Positions 48,428-62,933 are shown, counted from the stretch's first letter. The stretch: 64,000 bases of DNA from Terriglobia bacterium (GCA_965206645.1 CBDBKE010000003.1:128001-192000), one strand, 5' to 3'. Notes: generated by a model not told the origin, from the letters alone. Translations and numbers: made by a program.

Positions 48428-49249
48428 ATGCTACGGGCGTTAAGTGGCGCAACCACCATGCAGGCCGACCTGCCGACCGATATTCAGGTGGCTCGACAGG
48501 CCGGATTTTCCCTGCTGGAGCTGAGCGCCCCCAAGCTGCGAAAATTTCTGCAATCGGGCACCGCGGTCCAGGTTGTGGAAATGCTGGAAGCCGCCCAGGT
48601 GCGCCCGCTGAGCATTGTCTCGGTGGAGGGCATCACCTACGCGGGCGACCAGTGGGAACGTGTGGAGCACGAATACCGCCAGTTGGCTCGGCTGGCTGGT
48701 GAGATCGGCTGCGAAGTGCTGGTCGCCAGTCCCGGGGCACGCCCTGCCGGCGTCACCGATGGGGAAGTGAAGGAGGAATCGGTCAGCGTCCTGGAAGCGC
48801 TGGCTGACATCGCTTCGGCCGACGGGGTCAAGCTCGGCTTCGAGTTTCTCTCTCGCCGCTCCTGTTCGGTCCGCACCCTGGAGCAGGCCTCGGAAATCAT
48901 CTCTGAACTCGACCGTCCAGACGTAGGCCTGGTGCTGGACACATTCCATTTCCATGCCGGCGGTTCCAACTGGGCTTCCCTGCGCCGAATGCAAGCAGCC
49001 AAGCTGTTCATCTTCCAGGTGAGCGACTGTGAAAACCTGCCGCGAGCCAAGCTGCAGGACCAGCACCGGCTACTTCCCGGCGCCGGCGGTCTTCCCCTCG
49101 GCAAGATCTGGCAGGAACTGAATGCGATTGGCTATGACCGCTTGGCCTCGGTCGAGGTGCCCCGCCCAGAATACTGGAAGCGTGACCCGCAAGAATTGGC
49201 CACCGAGGCTCGCCAGACGCTGGAAACAACGCTGGGTCTGAAAAAGTGA
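48428..49249 (+). CDS. Sugar phosphate isomerase/epimerase (IolI-like TIM barrel)
   Basis: GFEFL, LVLDTFHFH, DQHRLLPGAG, SVEV. Confidence 0.85.
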   Translation: MLRALSGATTMQADLPTDIQVARQAGFSLLELSAPKLRKFLQSGTAVQVVEMLEAAQVRPLSIVSVEGITYAGDQWERVEHEYRQLARLAGEIGCEVLVASPGARPAGVTDGEVKEESVSVLEALADIASADGVKLGFEFLSRRSCSVRTLEQASEIISELDRPDVGLVLDTFHFHAGGSNWASLRRMQAAKLFIFQVSDCENLPRAKLQDQHRLLPGAGGLPLGKIWQELNAIGYDRLASVEVPRPEYWKRDPQELATEARQTLETTLGLKK

Positions 49250-49313
49250 ACGGCCGATATCCTCGTATGTAGCCTTTGGCCGGTTCACCACTAACCAGAT
49301 CTGGAGAAATCTA

Positions 49314-49925
49314 ATGAAGACGAGCTCTTGGGCGACGGTGGGTAGCCCGGCTCCCGACCTTGTCTACTCCAACCAGCAAGGCGAGACCATGCACCTGGCT
49401 GAGCTGTGGGCCAAGGGACCGGCGATGCTTGTCTGGCTTCGCCACTTCGGCTGACAGTTCTTTGTCGAGATACTGGCGCAGTTGCGCGAGAAGTTGGCTG
49501 AATTCGAAAGCCGTAGAGTACAGGTGACCTGTGTGGTCCAGGGCACTGCAGAAGAAGCCGCTCGATTCTGTGGAAGACACGGGCTGGCTGAGATCTGCAT
49601 CGCCGACCCCTCCAAAGAGAGCTATCGGGCCATGAACCTGGGACGGGCCTCCTGGCGGAACATCCTCTTCGCCTCTCCGGACTATCGCCGGCGCAGGGCC
49701 GAGGCCGGCCAAGCCGGCTGCCGCAACAGCCTCACCGGGGCGTTGCAGAAGCACAGTGCCGTGCTGCAATTGCCCGGCGCTGCGCTCGTCGCCCGGGGCG
49801 GCAACATCCTGTGGCTGCATCGTAGCTCTCATCCCGGCGATCTGCCCTCCGCCGAAGCGCTTCTCAAGGTAGTGGATCAATACTTGGAACGGCCTGTCTT
49901 GGAACGGCCTGAAGCTTCGTCCTGA
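49314..49925 (+). CDS. AhpC/TSA (peroxiredoxin-like) selenoprotein, UGA at 49452-49454
   Basis: GGAG RBS; VGSPAPD...[23 protein letters not shown]...ADP...Y...QLPG in one frame; hairpin after UGA. Confidence 0.82.
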
Positions 49926-50014
49926 GGCTGGGTCCTCTTTGCTGCCTGCACCCTGCCGCCTTTGCTCCAAACCCAAGGAGCAACACCAAATCTGCCACGT
50001 GTCATAATGGAGGG

Positions 50015-51511
50015 ATGTTGGTGCGCGTGCGCTTTGCACCCAGCCCGACCGGGCAACTGCACGTGGGCAACGCGCGTACGGCGCTGTTCAATTGGTTGTT
50101 TGCTCGGCAACAGGGCGGTGCGTTTATTGTGCGCATTGAAGACACTGACGTCGAGCGCTCCGAGCCGGGCTCCGAGGCACAGTTAATCGGCGAGCTGCGC
50201 TGGCTGGGCTTGGATTGGGACGAAGGCCCCGACGTCGGTGGCCCGCACGGCCCCTACCGGCAGTCCGAGCGCCTTCCCCTCTACCGGAAATACGGCGAGC
50301 AGTTGATTGATACCGGCTCGGCCTACTACTGTTTCTGCAGCCCGGAGCAACTGGAGGCGGACCGGCGGGCGGCGCTGGCTGCGGGCCGCCAGCCGATGTA
50401 TGCCGGACGCTGCCGCGACATCGCCCCGGTCGAGGCCCAGGCGCGGCGCAGCCGGGGCGAGCCCGCCTCCATCCGGCTGAAGATTCCCCCGCGTCCCATC
50501 CGCTTCCACGACCTGGTTCACGGGGAGGTGGAATTTTCCCACGAGGTGATTGGCGACCCCATCCTGCTGCGCTCCGACGCCACCCCGGCTTACAACTACG
50601 CCGTCGTGGTGGATGACGCGCTGATGGCGATCACCCATGTGATCCGGGGCGACGACCACCTGTCCAACACGCCACGCCAGGTGGCCGTTTACCAGGCGCT
50701 GGGCTGGGAGCCGCCCCAGTTTGCGCACCTTTCCACCATTCTGGGCAGCGATCACACCCGGCTGAGCAAGCGCCACGGCGCCACTTCGGTCAGCCACTTT
50801 CACCAGCTCGGCATCCTGCCGGAGGCGCTGATGAACTACCTGTCGTTACTGGGCTGGTCGCCTGGCGAAAGCAACCGAGAAATCTTCTCGCCGTCGGAGC
50901 TGGTGGAAGCCTTCCGACTGGACCAGGTGACGAAGGGCCCGGCAATGTTCAATTCGGAGAAACTCTACTGGCTGAATCGTCATTACTTGAAGCAGGCTGA
51001 CCCGGAGCGAGTGCTACGGCTGGCCATCGGCGTCTTCCAGCAGGCTGGGCTGGTCGGCGAGGCGCCAGACCAGCCGACGCGGGGCTGGCTGGGCAATGTA
51101 CTGGAAACGGTTCTGCCCTCGGTAGACCACCTGAGCCAGTTACCCGAGCGCACCGAGTTAATCTTTGCCTATGAGGCGCGCACCGCACTGCACTTGCCGC
51201 CTAACCAGGAAGTGCTGGCCGCCCCGGGAGCCGCCGAAGTGCTGACTAGTTTCCTGCGCCACGCGCTGAGTGACGGCGAGCTGACCATGCAGCGCTTTCG
51301 CCAGATCATGGACGCGGTCAAGCGGGAGACGCAGCAGAAAGGCAAACGCCTGTTCCACCCGGTGCGGGTGGCGATCACCGGCCATCCTTCGGGGCCCGAG
51401 CTGGACAAGCTAATTCCGCTGCTGGAAGCGGGCAGCCGCCTGCCTCTGCCCCGCCATGTGAAGAGTGCGAGGGAGCGCCTGGAGGAGTTCGCGCGCGAGT
51501 ATCGCCGGTAG
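50015..51511 (+). CDS. gltX: Glutamate--tRNA ligase
   Basis: [35 protein letters not shown]. Confidence 0.96.
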   Translation: MLVRVRFAPSPTGQLHVGNARTALFNWLFARQQGGAFIVRIEDTDVERSEPGSEAQLIGELRWLGLDWDEGPDVGGPHGPYRQSERLPLYRKYGEQLIDTGSAYYCFCSPEQLEADRRAALAAGRQPMYAGRCRDIAPVEAQARRSRGEPASIRLKIPPRPIRFHDLVHGEVEFSHEVIGDPILLRSDATPAYNYAVVVDDALMAITHVIRGDDHLSNTPRQVAVYQALGWEPPQFAHLSTILGSDHTRLSKRHGATSVSHFHQLGILPEALMNYLSLLGWSPGESNREIFSPSELVEAFRLDQVTKGPAMFNSEKLYWLNRHYLKQADPERVLRLAIGVFQQAGLVGEAPDQPTRGWLGNVLETVLPSVDHLSQLPERTELIFAYEARTALHLPPNQEVLAAPGAAEVLTSFLRHALSDGELTMQRFRQIMDAVKRETQQKGKRLFHPVRVAITGHPSGPELDKLIPLLEAGSRLPLPRHVKSARERLEEFAREYRR

Positions 51512-51548
51512 CGGCACCCTAAAGGGTGCCACCTGGCCGGGCACGCCT

Positions 51549-52295
51549 ATGAGCACCATCGCCGGGATCCACGCCGTTCGTGAAGCGTTGCGCGCCGGGC
51601 ACCCGCTCGAGCGCGTGCACGTGCGGGAGCAACACAAGACCTCGGCGCGCCTGCGCGAGATTCTGGATCTGTGCCGGCACGCTGGCGTGCCGGTGCGCCG
51701 GGAAACGCGGGCGCAATTGGATCGGTTGGCGCCCGGAGCCGTGCACCAGGGAGTGCTGGCGGTGGCCGGGGCGCACCCCTACGCGGAACTCGAGGCAGTC
51801 CTGGAACGGCTGGAGCACGCTGGGGCTAACCATCGCGGCCTGCTGGTGGTGCTGGATGGCATAGAAGACCCGCACAACCTGGGCGCAATCATCCGCAGCG
51901 CCCACGCCGCCGGCGCCGATGCCGTGGTGATTCCCGAGCGACGCGCTGCGGGCCTGACTCCGGCGGCGGCCAAGGCTGCCGCCGGCGCCCTGGAGTATCT
52001 TCCGGTGGCGCGGGTTACCAACGTGGGACGCGCGTTAGAGGATTTGAAGCGTCGCGGCTTCTGGATCGTCGGCCTGGACGAGCGCAGTCAGAAGAGCCTG
52101 CTCGAGATGGACCTGACTGTCCCAACTGTGCTTGTGCTGGGCGCCGAGGAAAGTGGCCTACACCAGCAGACGCGCCAGAAGTGCGATTTCCTCGCCTCGA
52201 TTCCCGTCGTCGGCCGCCTGGCTACTCTGAACGTCTCGGTGGCCGCGGGGGTCGCTTTGTTCGAAGCCTTGCGCCAGCGCCGCCCTCCGGCCTAG
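51549..52295 (+). CDS. rlmB: 23S rRNA Gm2251 methyltransferase
   Basis: HQGV, LDGIEDPHNLGAIIRS, GAEESG, LNVSVA. Confidence 0.93.
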   Translation: MSTIAGIHAVREALRAGHPLERVHVREQHKTSARLREILDLCRHAGVPVRRETRAQLDRLAPGAVHQGVLAVAGAHPYAELEAVLERLEHAGANHRGLLVVLDGIEDPHNLGAIIRSAHAAGADAVVIPERRAAGLTPAAAKAAAGALEYLPVARVTNVGRALEDLKRRGFWIVGLDERSQKSLLEMDLTVPTVLVLGAEESGLHQQTRQKCDFLASIPVVGRLATLNVSVAAGVALFEALRQRRPPA

Positions 52296-52447
52296 CGCCA
52301 TGCCTGCACTCCTCCGGCAACAGATGGTCCTAGCCCTGCCATGTCATCCCGAGCGCAGCGAGGGTGATGCTTTTCAACGACAGCAAACGCTATCGCTGGA
52401 AGGGGCACGGAAGTCGACACCGGTTACTCAACACTGGCTACTTGCAG

Positions 52448-53494
<1,047 letters not shown>

Positions 53495-53522
53495 GTGAAA
53501 ACCGCCGAATTCACCATTTCCT

Positions 53523-54317
53523 TCAGCCGAACTGTCGAAAACCCTGCGTGGCAAAATATAGCAGTATGAACAAGGTTGTGTTGTACGCCAGGTGAACAAA
53601 GTAGGGTGGAGCCAGCGAGCCGGTCCGGGCCCGAATCCAGGCAAGTAGCAGGCCGATTCCGAAGATGGCCGCCACTTGCAGTGCCCCGCCGCGGAGTTGG
53701 GGGACGTGGATGGCCGCAAACAGCAGCGAGGTGCTCCAGATTGCCACGCGCAGCCCCCCGGCCTGTTCGAACGCGGCGAACAGGAAGCCGCGGAAAATCA
53801 CCTCCTCCACCAGCGGCGCCACCAGGATGCCGAAGGCAGCCAGCAGGTAGGCCGCCTCCTGGTTGTGGAACAGTCGCTCGATCGGGAGCCTGGTCTCGTT
53901 GGGAAGCGACACGATCTGCACCAGTACAGCCAGAGCTGCCCCGGCAAAAACGAAGTTGGCTGCGCCGGTGCCGGGAGCACGCGGCCAGCGCAGTCCGGCC
54001 CAGAACGGGAATCGGTGTTTGAACCGGACCACCGAATAGATGTAGAACATCAGCAGCAGATAAAGGAAGCTCTGCAGCAGTAACACTGCCAGCACATTGG
54101 CCCTTGGTGCAGGCTCCTCCGGAGCGGGCATCATGCCCAAGGCGGCCAGGAACAGCAGGAACAGCACGACGGGCAGGGCCTCTAGCAAGCTCCAGGCGGG
54201 CTGTGCTCTTGCAGGCGCCGGCTCGGCCACACCGGCTGCCGTAGCGGGGGGACCACCGGGCGGCGTCCGGGCCGGAGCAGGTTGCGGTTCCAAGTTCGAA
54301 TTGCTGCTATCAGGCAT
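53523..54317 (-). CDS. CPBP/CAAX-family intramembrane metalloprotease
   Basis: [21 protein letters not shown]. Confidence 0.88.
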   Translation of the reverse strand: MPDSSNSNLEPQPAPARTPPGGPPATAAGVAEPAPARAQPAWSLLEALPVVLFLLFLAALGMMPAPEEPAPRANVLAVLLLQSFLYLLLMFYIYSVVRFKHRFPFWAGLRWPRAPGTGAANFVFAGAALAVLVQIVSLPNETRLPIERLFHNQEAAYLLAAFGILVAPLVEEVIFRGFLFAAFEQAGGLRVAIWSTSLLFAAIHVPQLRGGALQVAAIFGIGLLLAWIRARTGSLAPPYFVHLAYNTTLFILLYFATQGFRQFG

Positions 54318-54384
54318 TGCCTCTCGTCTGGCCTAACCAAGCCGGCGAGGCGACCAAGATCTTGTGTCGCCCCGCACCACCACC

Positions 54385-57189
<2,805 letters not shown>

Positions 57190-57450
57190 GCCCCTCAGCC
57201 AGACCTTGCAGCAGGCATGTCGCCACAGGTAGGAATTTCGGCGACTGCCTAACCCAACAATGTTACTTCATGGCGGAAAGAAGGGTCAATTCTCGGACCG
57301 CAGGTAGTGTGTCAGTTTCCTACAAGGGCGTTTTATGGCCAAGTGGCGTATTTTTCAAAAATATATGAATCGTTCGATCTATAGGCAACATCTCATGCGG
57401 TGAATCCGATGATGATTCGGATGAGGAATGATAAAAGAGAAGGAGGAACC

Positions 57451-58332
57451 ATGTCTGAAACTATCCTTATCACCGGCGCATCGACTGGCTTTGGCCGCGA
57501 CACTGCCGAAACTCTAGCGCGCGCTGGCCACAAAGTGTTTGCCTCGATGCGCGATCCGGAAGCCAAGAACCGTGCCCCCGCGGACGCACTCCGAGGCCAG
57601 AACATCGAAGTCGTCGAGCTCGATGTCACTGATTCCCAATCGGTCGAACGAGCTGTCGCCGCGGTTGTCGCGAAGGCAGGTCGCATCGATGTCCTGGTTA
57701 ACAATGCCGGCGTCGCAGCGGCCGGCGTGTCGGAAGCGTTCACGCCCGAGCAGGCGACCGCGCTGTTCGACGTCAACGTCATCGGCCTACATCGGGTAAC
57801 CCGTGCGGTGCTGCCACACCTCCGTCGCCACAATGACGGCCTGATCATCAACATCGGCTCGGTCCTCGGGCGCGTGACCTTCCCCTTTTTTGGACTCTAT
57901 GGTGCGAGCAAGTTCGCGGTCGAGGCTTTGACCGACAGCTTCCGCTACGAGGTCTCACAGCTCGGAATCGACGTCGCTCTTGTGCAACCCAGCGCCTACC
58001 CCACGCAGATGTATGCCAGCGCGATTCAGCCGGCTGACAGCACCCGGGTGGCGGAGTACGGTGCTGTGGGGGAGATCCCTGGCGCCATGTTCCAGCATTT
58101 CACCACCATGTTGTCAGCGCCAGACGCACCGAACCCTCACGATATCGCCGAAGCAATCGCCAAGCTGATCGTTACCCCCAAGGGCGACCGACCAGCGCGC
58201 ACCGTAGTGGGCGCCAGCTATGGCGCGGATACCCTGAATGACGCGACAGAACCAGTTCAGGCGAGCGCAGTCAAGGCACTCGGCCTCGGCCATCTTGCGA
58301 CGGTACCGAGCGTGCTCCTGAAAAGCGCCTGA
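57451..58332 (+). CDS. Short-chain dehydrogenase/reductase
   Basis: TGASTGFG, NNAG, YGASK. Confidence 0.92.
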   Translation: MSETILITGASTGFGRDTAETLARAGHKVFASMRDPEAKNRAPADALRGQNIEVVELDVTDSQSVERAVAAVVAKAGRIDVLVNNAGVAAAGVSEAFTPEQATALFDVNVIGLHRVTRAVLPHLRRHNDGLIINIGSVLGRVTFPFFGLYGASKFAVEALTDSFRYEVSQLGIDVALVQPSAYPTQMYASAIQPADSTRVAEYGAVGEIPGAMFQHFTTMLSAPDAPNPHDIAEAIAKLIVTPKGDRPARTVVGASYGADTLNDATEPVQASAVKALGLGHLATVPSVLLKSA

Positions 58333-58406
58333 TCGCACGCGCCGGGCCAGCGACACATGCCGGCCCGGCGCATCTCGGGCTTTCAGCCTAAAGGAGCGCG
58401 CGCGCC

Positions 58407-58802
58407 ATGACCACTCCAGTTAAGCTTGTCCAGAAGTTCTATGCAGCACTCAGCACCGGCGACATACCGACCATTTTTGCAGTCCTTGACCCCGACCTGG
58501 AATGGACCGAGGCTGAGAGGTTCCCCTACTACGGCGGAACCTGGCACAGTCCTCAGGCCGTCATCGATAATTTACTGCTCCCGCTTGGTCGCGACTGGGA
58601 GGGCTTTTCAGCCAAAGTCGGCGATTTTATAGCTCGAGACAACCGCGTCGTGGCATTCGGAACCTACTCTGGAACGTACAAGCAGACAGGACATTCTATG
58701 TCCTCGCCCTTTGCGCATTTGTGGACAGCCCGTGATGGACGGCTGTTGCGCTTTGCCCAGTACACCGACACGGCCAAGGTTCTGGAAGCGCTCCGACCCT
58801 GA
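58407..58802 (+). CDS. SnoaL/NTF2-like protein
   Basis: FYAALSTGD...W...GTWH...HLWT..DG....QYTDT. Confidence 0.85.
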   Translation: MTTPVKLVQKFYAALSTGDIPTIFAVLDPDLEWTEAERFPYYGGTWHSPQAVIDNLLLPLGRDWEGFSAKVGDFIARDNRVVAFGTYSGTYKQTGHSMSSPFAHLWTARDGRLLRFAQYTDTAKVLEALRP

Positions 58803-58811
58803 GCAGCCCGC

Positions 58812-60041
58812 CTAGGCGGGCTTGCGAGCAAACTTGTCCGCCCAGCGGATGCGCCCCGTCAGTTGCATCACCACGAACAGGGTCAGGATCGAGCCGATGG
58901 TGATCGCCAGGCCCGTAAAGCCCTTGAAGAAGAAGGCGTAGGAGAACAGGATGAGGTAGATCAACTGTGCCGTTCCTGCTTCCACGGCCGCGAAACGCAT
59001 CCCCACTACCAGGCGCAGGTAGCTCACGACCAGAAGAATGGAGACCGCCGAGCAGATGACGAATGCCCCGTGGATCGAGATGTGGTCCACCAGGTAAGCC
59101 AGGAACAGGTGAAACGAGAAGAAGGCACACGCCAGAAAGAAGTAGTTCATCGGATGCAGGTCAATGGCCCGCAGGGTGGTGATGATGAACAGCAGGAAAA
59201 AGAAGAAGAAGAGCGCCACCGGCGTGAAAAAGCTGATACGCCCCGCCAGCGGCCCCGGCTGCAGCTTCTCCGGCATCGCCATGCCGATCTGAAGGCCCGA
59301 GACGAGGTTCTTGTACGCCCAGGTGAGCTCCCAGCCGTCGGCCGTTTCGCGCTTCTCCGAGGGTGAGAGCGTGTCCGGCGGGAAATCGATCTCCTTGAAG
59401 TTGGTGGCCATCTTCAGCTGGAAGTCACGCACCTGAGCCACCTCGCCGCCGAAGCTGTACCGCCAGGTGTCGAGACCCTGGGAACGGTAGCCCACCTTAA
59501 GCACCACCGTCTTCCCGGCGGGGACGCGGGTGGTAGCTCTGGCTGCGCCTTTCCGGTTCCTCACCGCTAGCGGAACACCGTCCCCCAGGAACGACAGGTC
59601 ATCGTAGATCGCCTGGGCGGCGGGAAAATCTAGCGAGAAAGTGACCTGCTCGTCCCGGCTACTGGTGTTCTGGAAGGTATAGGCGCCGGCGAAGACGACC
59701 TTGTAGGTGCTGTGCCAGAGCAATCCCTTGCGTCGATGTTCGAGATCCAATCGCACGTCCACCCGGCTGCTCAAAAGTGCCAGCGGGGTCACCACTTGCT
59801 CCTGTTCGGTGCGAAGGACCGTTTTGCCCCGCTCCACGCGCTCGACCTTCCTGGAGAGGACCCGTTCATAGGAGGCCGCCGGCGGGGCCTGTTGCTGCGG
59901 CGCGCCCCAATTGGAAACCACCCGGCCGCGCAGCTCGGAGCGAGAAGCGTGGGTCCGGGAGAAGATCGTGGCGCCCAGAATCGCCCAGGCGACCGCGGTA
60001 CAAGCGAAGATGAAAACGATGGCGGCGATGCGCCGGGTCAT
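58812..60041 (-). CDS. CreD-like inner membrane protein
   Basis: N-terminal TM, periplasmic domain, LHPMNY, six C-terminal TM segments ending VMQLTGRI.W. Confidence 0.75.
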   Translation of the reverse strand: MTRRIAAIVFIFACTAVAWAILGATIFSRTHASRSELRGRVVSNWGAPQQQAPPAASYERVLSRKVERVERGKTVLRTEQEQVVTPLALLSSRVDVRLDLEHRRKGLLWHSTYKVVFAGAYTFQNTSSRDEQVTFSLDFPAAQAIYDDLSFLGDGVPLAVRNRKGAARATTRVPAGKTVVLKVGYRSQGLDTWRYSFGGEVAQVRDFQLKMATNFKEIDFPPDTLSPSEKRETADGWELTWAYKNLVSGLQIGMAMPEKLQPGPLAGRISFFTPVALFFFFFLLFIITTLRAIDLHPMNYFFLACAFFSFHLFLAYLVDHISIHGAFVICSAVSILLVVSYLRLVVGMRFAAVEAGTAQLIYLILFSYAFFFKGFTGLAITIGSILTLFVVMQLTGRIRWADKFARKPA

Positions 60042-60065
60042 AGCTACCTCCATTGCTCTGTAATA

Positions 60066-60107
60066 TACTTTGTATTACAAAGTACTCTTTTATCTCGCTC
60101 CTGTCAA
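60066..60107 (-). promoter_or_regulatory. Promoter with overlapping operator palindrome
   Basis: TTGACA-17-TACTTT; TACTTTGTA-T-TACAAAGTA at 60066-60084. Confidence 0.75.
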
Positions 60108-60146
60108 GCCCTTTTGCCTGGCGTTCCTGCGCCGCGGAAAGAGAGG

Positions 60147-60875
60147 TCAGTTTTCGTTCGAGGCGGGGAAACGAACAACGGGCCAGCCGCGCTCGGCGGC
60201 CAACTCGGCCAGGGCGGGTTCAGGTTCGACGGCCACGGGTAACTCAGCCAGCTCCAGCATGGACCGGTCGGAAAGCATGTTGCCCGCGGCCAGGTCGGGG
60301 CAGCGGCCGAGCCGCTGGCGAATGGCTTCGGCTTTGCCCACGCCGAAGGGCACCGGGAGCAGAACCTCGGGGCTGAGCAACCCGTCGCGGACTATGGTTT
60401 CCACCGCCAGCAGGCGGTCTTCGGGGATGCCGACCGCGCGGGCTCCGGCGGATACAATCCAGCGGTGGCTGCCCGACACCAGCCACACCTCGACGCCGGC
60501 TTCCTGCAGGCGGCGGGCCCAGGCCTGGGTTTCCGGCACAATCAGGTGGCGAATGTGGCGCTCGAAGAAGTTGCGAGCGTCGGCCTCCACCAGCTCTTCG
60601 GGCAATCCCCGCAGGCAAGTGGCGCAGAGGATAGCCAGCGCCAGGTCATTCAACTCGCCGCGGCAGTGCGCATCCCAGCCATCGCGGGCTTCGCGCTCCG
60701 CCTTGGCCGGTAGGCGGCTGTTCTCGATCTGCCAAAGGAGAAACCGGTTGCCCGCGTCCTCGCGCCACAGCACGCCGTCTGCGTCCAGCGTAACCAGCCC
60801 GGCGCCGCGCGCGCACAATTCGGCGACGACGGCTTCCACGCGGGCCCGGTCGGAGGCAGTTCCGTTACCTGACAC
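60147..60875 (-). CDS. HAD-superfamily phosphatase
   Basis: LDADGVLW, LVSGS, GKAEAI, GN..SD..ML. Confidence 0.85.
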   Translation of the reverse strand: MSGNGTASDRARVEAVVAELCARGAGLVTLDADGVLWREDAGNRFLLWQIENSRLPAKAEREARDGWDAHCRGELNDLALAILCATCLRGLPEELVEADARNFFERHIRHLIVPETQAWARRLQEAGVEVWLVSGSHRWIVSAGARAVGIPEDRLLAVETIVRDGLLSPEVLLPVPFGVGKAEAIRQRLGRCPDLAAGNMLSDRSMLELAELPVAVEPEPALAELAAERGWPVVRFPASNEN

Positions 60876-60940
60876 TGCGCGTCATCTCTTGGACTAGCTC
60901 GAACTGGCCTCGGACTGGCCTCGGCTGGCTCGGTCTGGTT

Positions 60941-61219
60941 TCATGCTCCCTCATCCAAGGCAACGGCATCCACGACGCCAACCACGGCCATGTCCACCGG
61001 CGACTGCGGGCGCTCGACACTGGCCCCTGCTGACCAGCCCTCCTGCACGACAAGCACGCGGTCGCCCACGCCGGCATCCACCGCGTCCAACGCCAGCGCA
61101 GGATCACCGTGGGCGCTGCCGTCTAACTGGAGCGGCTGTACCACAAGAATCTTCTGTCCTTCGTGGGAGGGATGCTTCTGCGTGGCAACCACATTACCGA
61201 GGACCCGGGCGAGAATCAC
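60941..61219 (-). CDS. EutN/CcmL BMC pentamer protein
   Basis: ILARVLGNVVATQK, DAVDAGVGD, VDMAVVGVVD. Confidence 0.9.
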   Translation of the reverse strand: MILARVLGNVVATQKHPSHEGQKILVVQPLQLDGSAHGDPALALDAVDAGVGDRVLVVQEGWSAGASVERPQSPVDMAVVGVVDAVALDEGA

Positions 61220-61479
61220 GTGTGAACCTCGTCCACAATGCCTACCACGGCGGCCTCCACCGGCACCTCGGCAGGCAGCCAGGGGAAGGAAGCTTCGCGG
61301 CCGCGGCAGAAGTAGACCAGTTCGGCGGCGCCGGCGCCGACGGCGTCCAGGGCCACCAGCGGCTTGCCGCTCGCGCGGCCGTGCGGGTCCACCGGCTGGA
61401 CGACCAGCATCTTCTTGCCTTCCAGGGTATCGTTCTTCATGGTGGCCCAGACGCGGCCCACCACACGCGCCAGCGTCAT
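61216..61479 (-). CDS. EutN/CcmL BMC pentamer protein
   Basis: LARVVGRVWATMK, VALDAVGAG, AVVGIVD. Confidence 0.9.
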   Translation of the reverse strand: MTLARVVGRVWATMKNDTLEGKKMLVVQPVDPHGRASGKPLVALDAVGAGAAELVYFCRGREASFPWLPAEVPVEAAVVGIVDEVHT

Positions 61480-61769
61480 TGCTTTCTCCCGGTCGCTTCC
61501 TCTTCGTCCATCTCGACCGTATCCACGATGCCGACAATGGCCGAGTCCACAGGAGTGTTCTTGAGGCCGTTAGCCATGCGGGCCGAGCTGCCGGAGACGA
61601 TCAGCACCGTCTCGCGGAATCCGGCGCCGACCGTGTCCACGGCCACCACATAGCCGGCTTCGTCCTTGCCCTGAGGGGAAATGGGTTTGGCCACCAGCAG
61701 CTTCTTCCCCTCCAGGCGGGGGTCCTTGCGGGTGGCCACGACGGTGCCGACAATCCGGGCCAGGATCAT
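61476..61769 (-). CDS. EutN/CcmL BMC pentamer protein
   Basis: ILARIVGTVVATRK, AVDTVGAG, GSSAR, VDSAIVGIVD. Confidence 0.92.
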   Translation of the reverse strand: MILARIVGTVVATRKDPRLEGKKLLVAKPISPQGKDEAGYVVAVDTVGAGFRETVLIVSGSSARMANGLKNTPVDSAIVGIVDTVEMDEEEATGRKQ

Positions 61770-61775
61770 GCGCGC

Positions 61776-62075
61776 CTACCTGGCGGTGGCGGCCGGCTGC
61801 GACTTGCCGATGGGCAGCACGTCTTCCAGGCTGGGATGCGGGCGCGGGATCACGTGCACGCTGAGCAATTCGCCGACGCGCCGGGCGGAGGCTGCGCCGG
61901 CGTCGGTGGCCGACTTGACGGCCGCTACATCGCCGCGCACCAGCACCGTGACGTAGCCGGAACCGATCTTTTCGTAGCCAACTATCGTCACCTTGGCCGC
62001 CTTTACCATGGCGTCGGCGGCCTCGATCATCGCCACCAATCCGCGCGTCTCGATCATTCCAAGGGCATCACCCAT
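61776..62075 (-). CDS. BMC-H hexamer shell protein (EutM/PduA-like)
   Basis: ALGMIETRG...AADAMVKAA...RGDVAAVK...HVIPRPH. Confidence 0.95.
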   Translation of the reverse strand: MGDALGMIETRGLVAMIEAADAMVKAAKVTIVGYEKIGSGYVTVLVRGDVAAVKSATDAGAASARRVGELLSVHVIPRPHPSLEDVLPIGKSQPAATAR

Positions 62076-62123
62076 AGATCCTCCTTGTTTCCGCTCCTCC
62101 TGGTTCGTGCGGCCTCACCTGGT

Positions 62124-62933
62124 CTAGCGGCTGGCCAAGGCCCGCGACTTGAGCAAGTCGTCCACCAGGGCCAGCAATTCCTCCCGCGTGACGTAGAACC
62201 GATGGCCGGATTGGTTTCCCTGAGGTAGCTCATCCGGCGGCGCGTCGGACACCACTGGGCAGCTGGGGCCGGCCGACGGGGCCGACTCCAGCCCGAAATA
62301 GCGCTGGCGGGCCTGCATCAGTTTCTCGACCTCAGCGCTGGTGAGCAGCACCTGCCGTCCTAACATCTCGGTAGCCAGCGATATCCGTGCAAAGTGCTCC
62401 ACGGTCTCCATCTTGAAGTAAGCGCCCAGCAGGTCCCCGCCGTAGGTGACCACGCCGTGATTGGCCATCAGGATGGCGTCGTAGCTGGGCACCAAGTCTT
62501 TCAACGCGTCAGTCAGCTCCGGCGTTCCCGGTGTGCCGTAGCGCGCCAGGGGCACGCATCCCAGCGACAGCACAATCTCGGAGATCAACGCCTTGTTCAA
62601 CGAAAGCCCGGCGGCCGCATAGCCTGTGGCGGTGGCGGGATGGGCGTGTACCACGGCCTGGACGTCAGGCCGCCGGCGGTAGATCAACAGGTGCATGGCC
62701 AGCTCGGAGGAAACGTTGCGCCGTCCCAACAACTTGTTTCCTTCCTGGTCCACCACGACCAAGTCGTCGGGGCGCATCATGCCCTTGCTGATCATGGTGG
62801 GTGTGGCCAGGATGTCACCGCTGGGCAGGCGCACGCTCACGTTGCCGTCGGTGGCCGCCACGAAGTTCTTCTGATGAAGCAGCCGCCCGATTTCGCAAAT
62901 GTCGTGGCGGTACTCGTTCTCGGTCTTGATCAC
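62124..62933 (-). CDS. Class II aldolase/adducin family protein with C-terminal encapsulation-like helix
   Basis: DGNVSVR, SSELAMH, VVHAHP, MANHG; tail REELLALVDDLL. Confidence 0.9.
   Translation of the reverse strand: MIKTENEYRHDICEIGRLLHQKNFVAATDGNVSVRLPSGDILATPTMISKGMMRPDDLVVVDQEGNKLLGRRNVSSELAMHLLIYRRRPDVQAVVHAHPATATGYAAAGLSLNKALISEIVLSLGCVPLARYGTPGTPELTDALKDLVPSYDAILMANHGVVTYGGDLLGAYFKMETVEHFARISLATEMLGRQVLLTSAEVEKLMQARQRYFGLESAPSAGPSCPVVSDAPPDELPQGNQSGHRFYVTREELLALVDDLLKSRALASR

Noticed and set aside
52341-52364. REP-like TGTCATCCCGAGCGCAGCGAGG between convergent rlmB and mtnA
   Set aside because: Single half-copy in the window; cannot be supported as a repeat without genome context
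53523-54317. CPBP/Abi protease as a phage-defence gene
   Set aside because: Common housekeeping-context family, here in a uvrA-mtnA run
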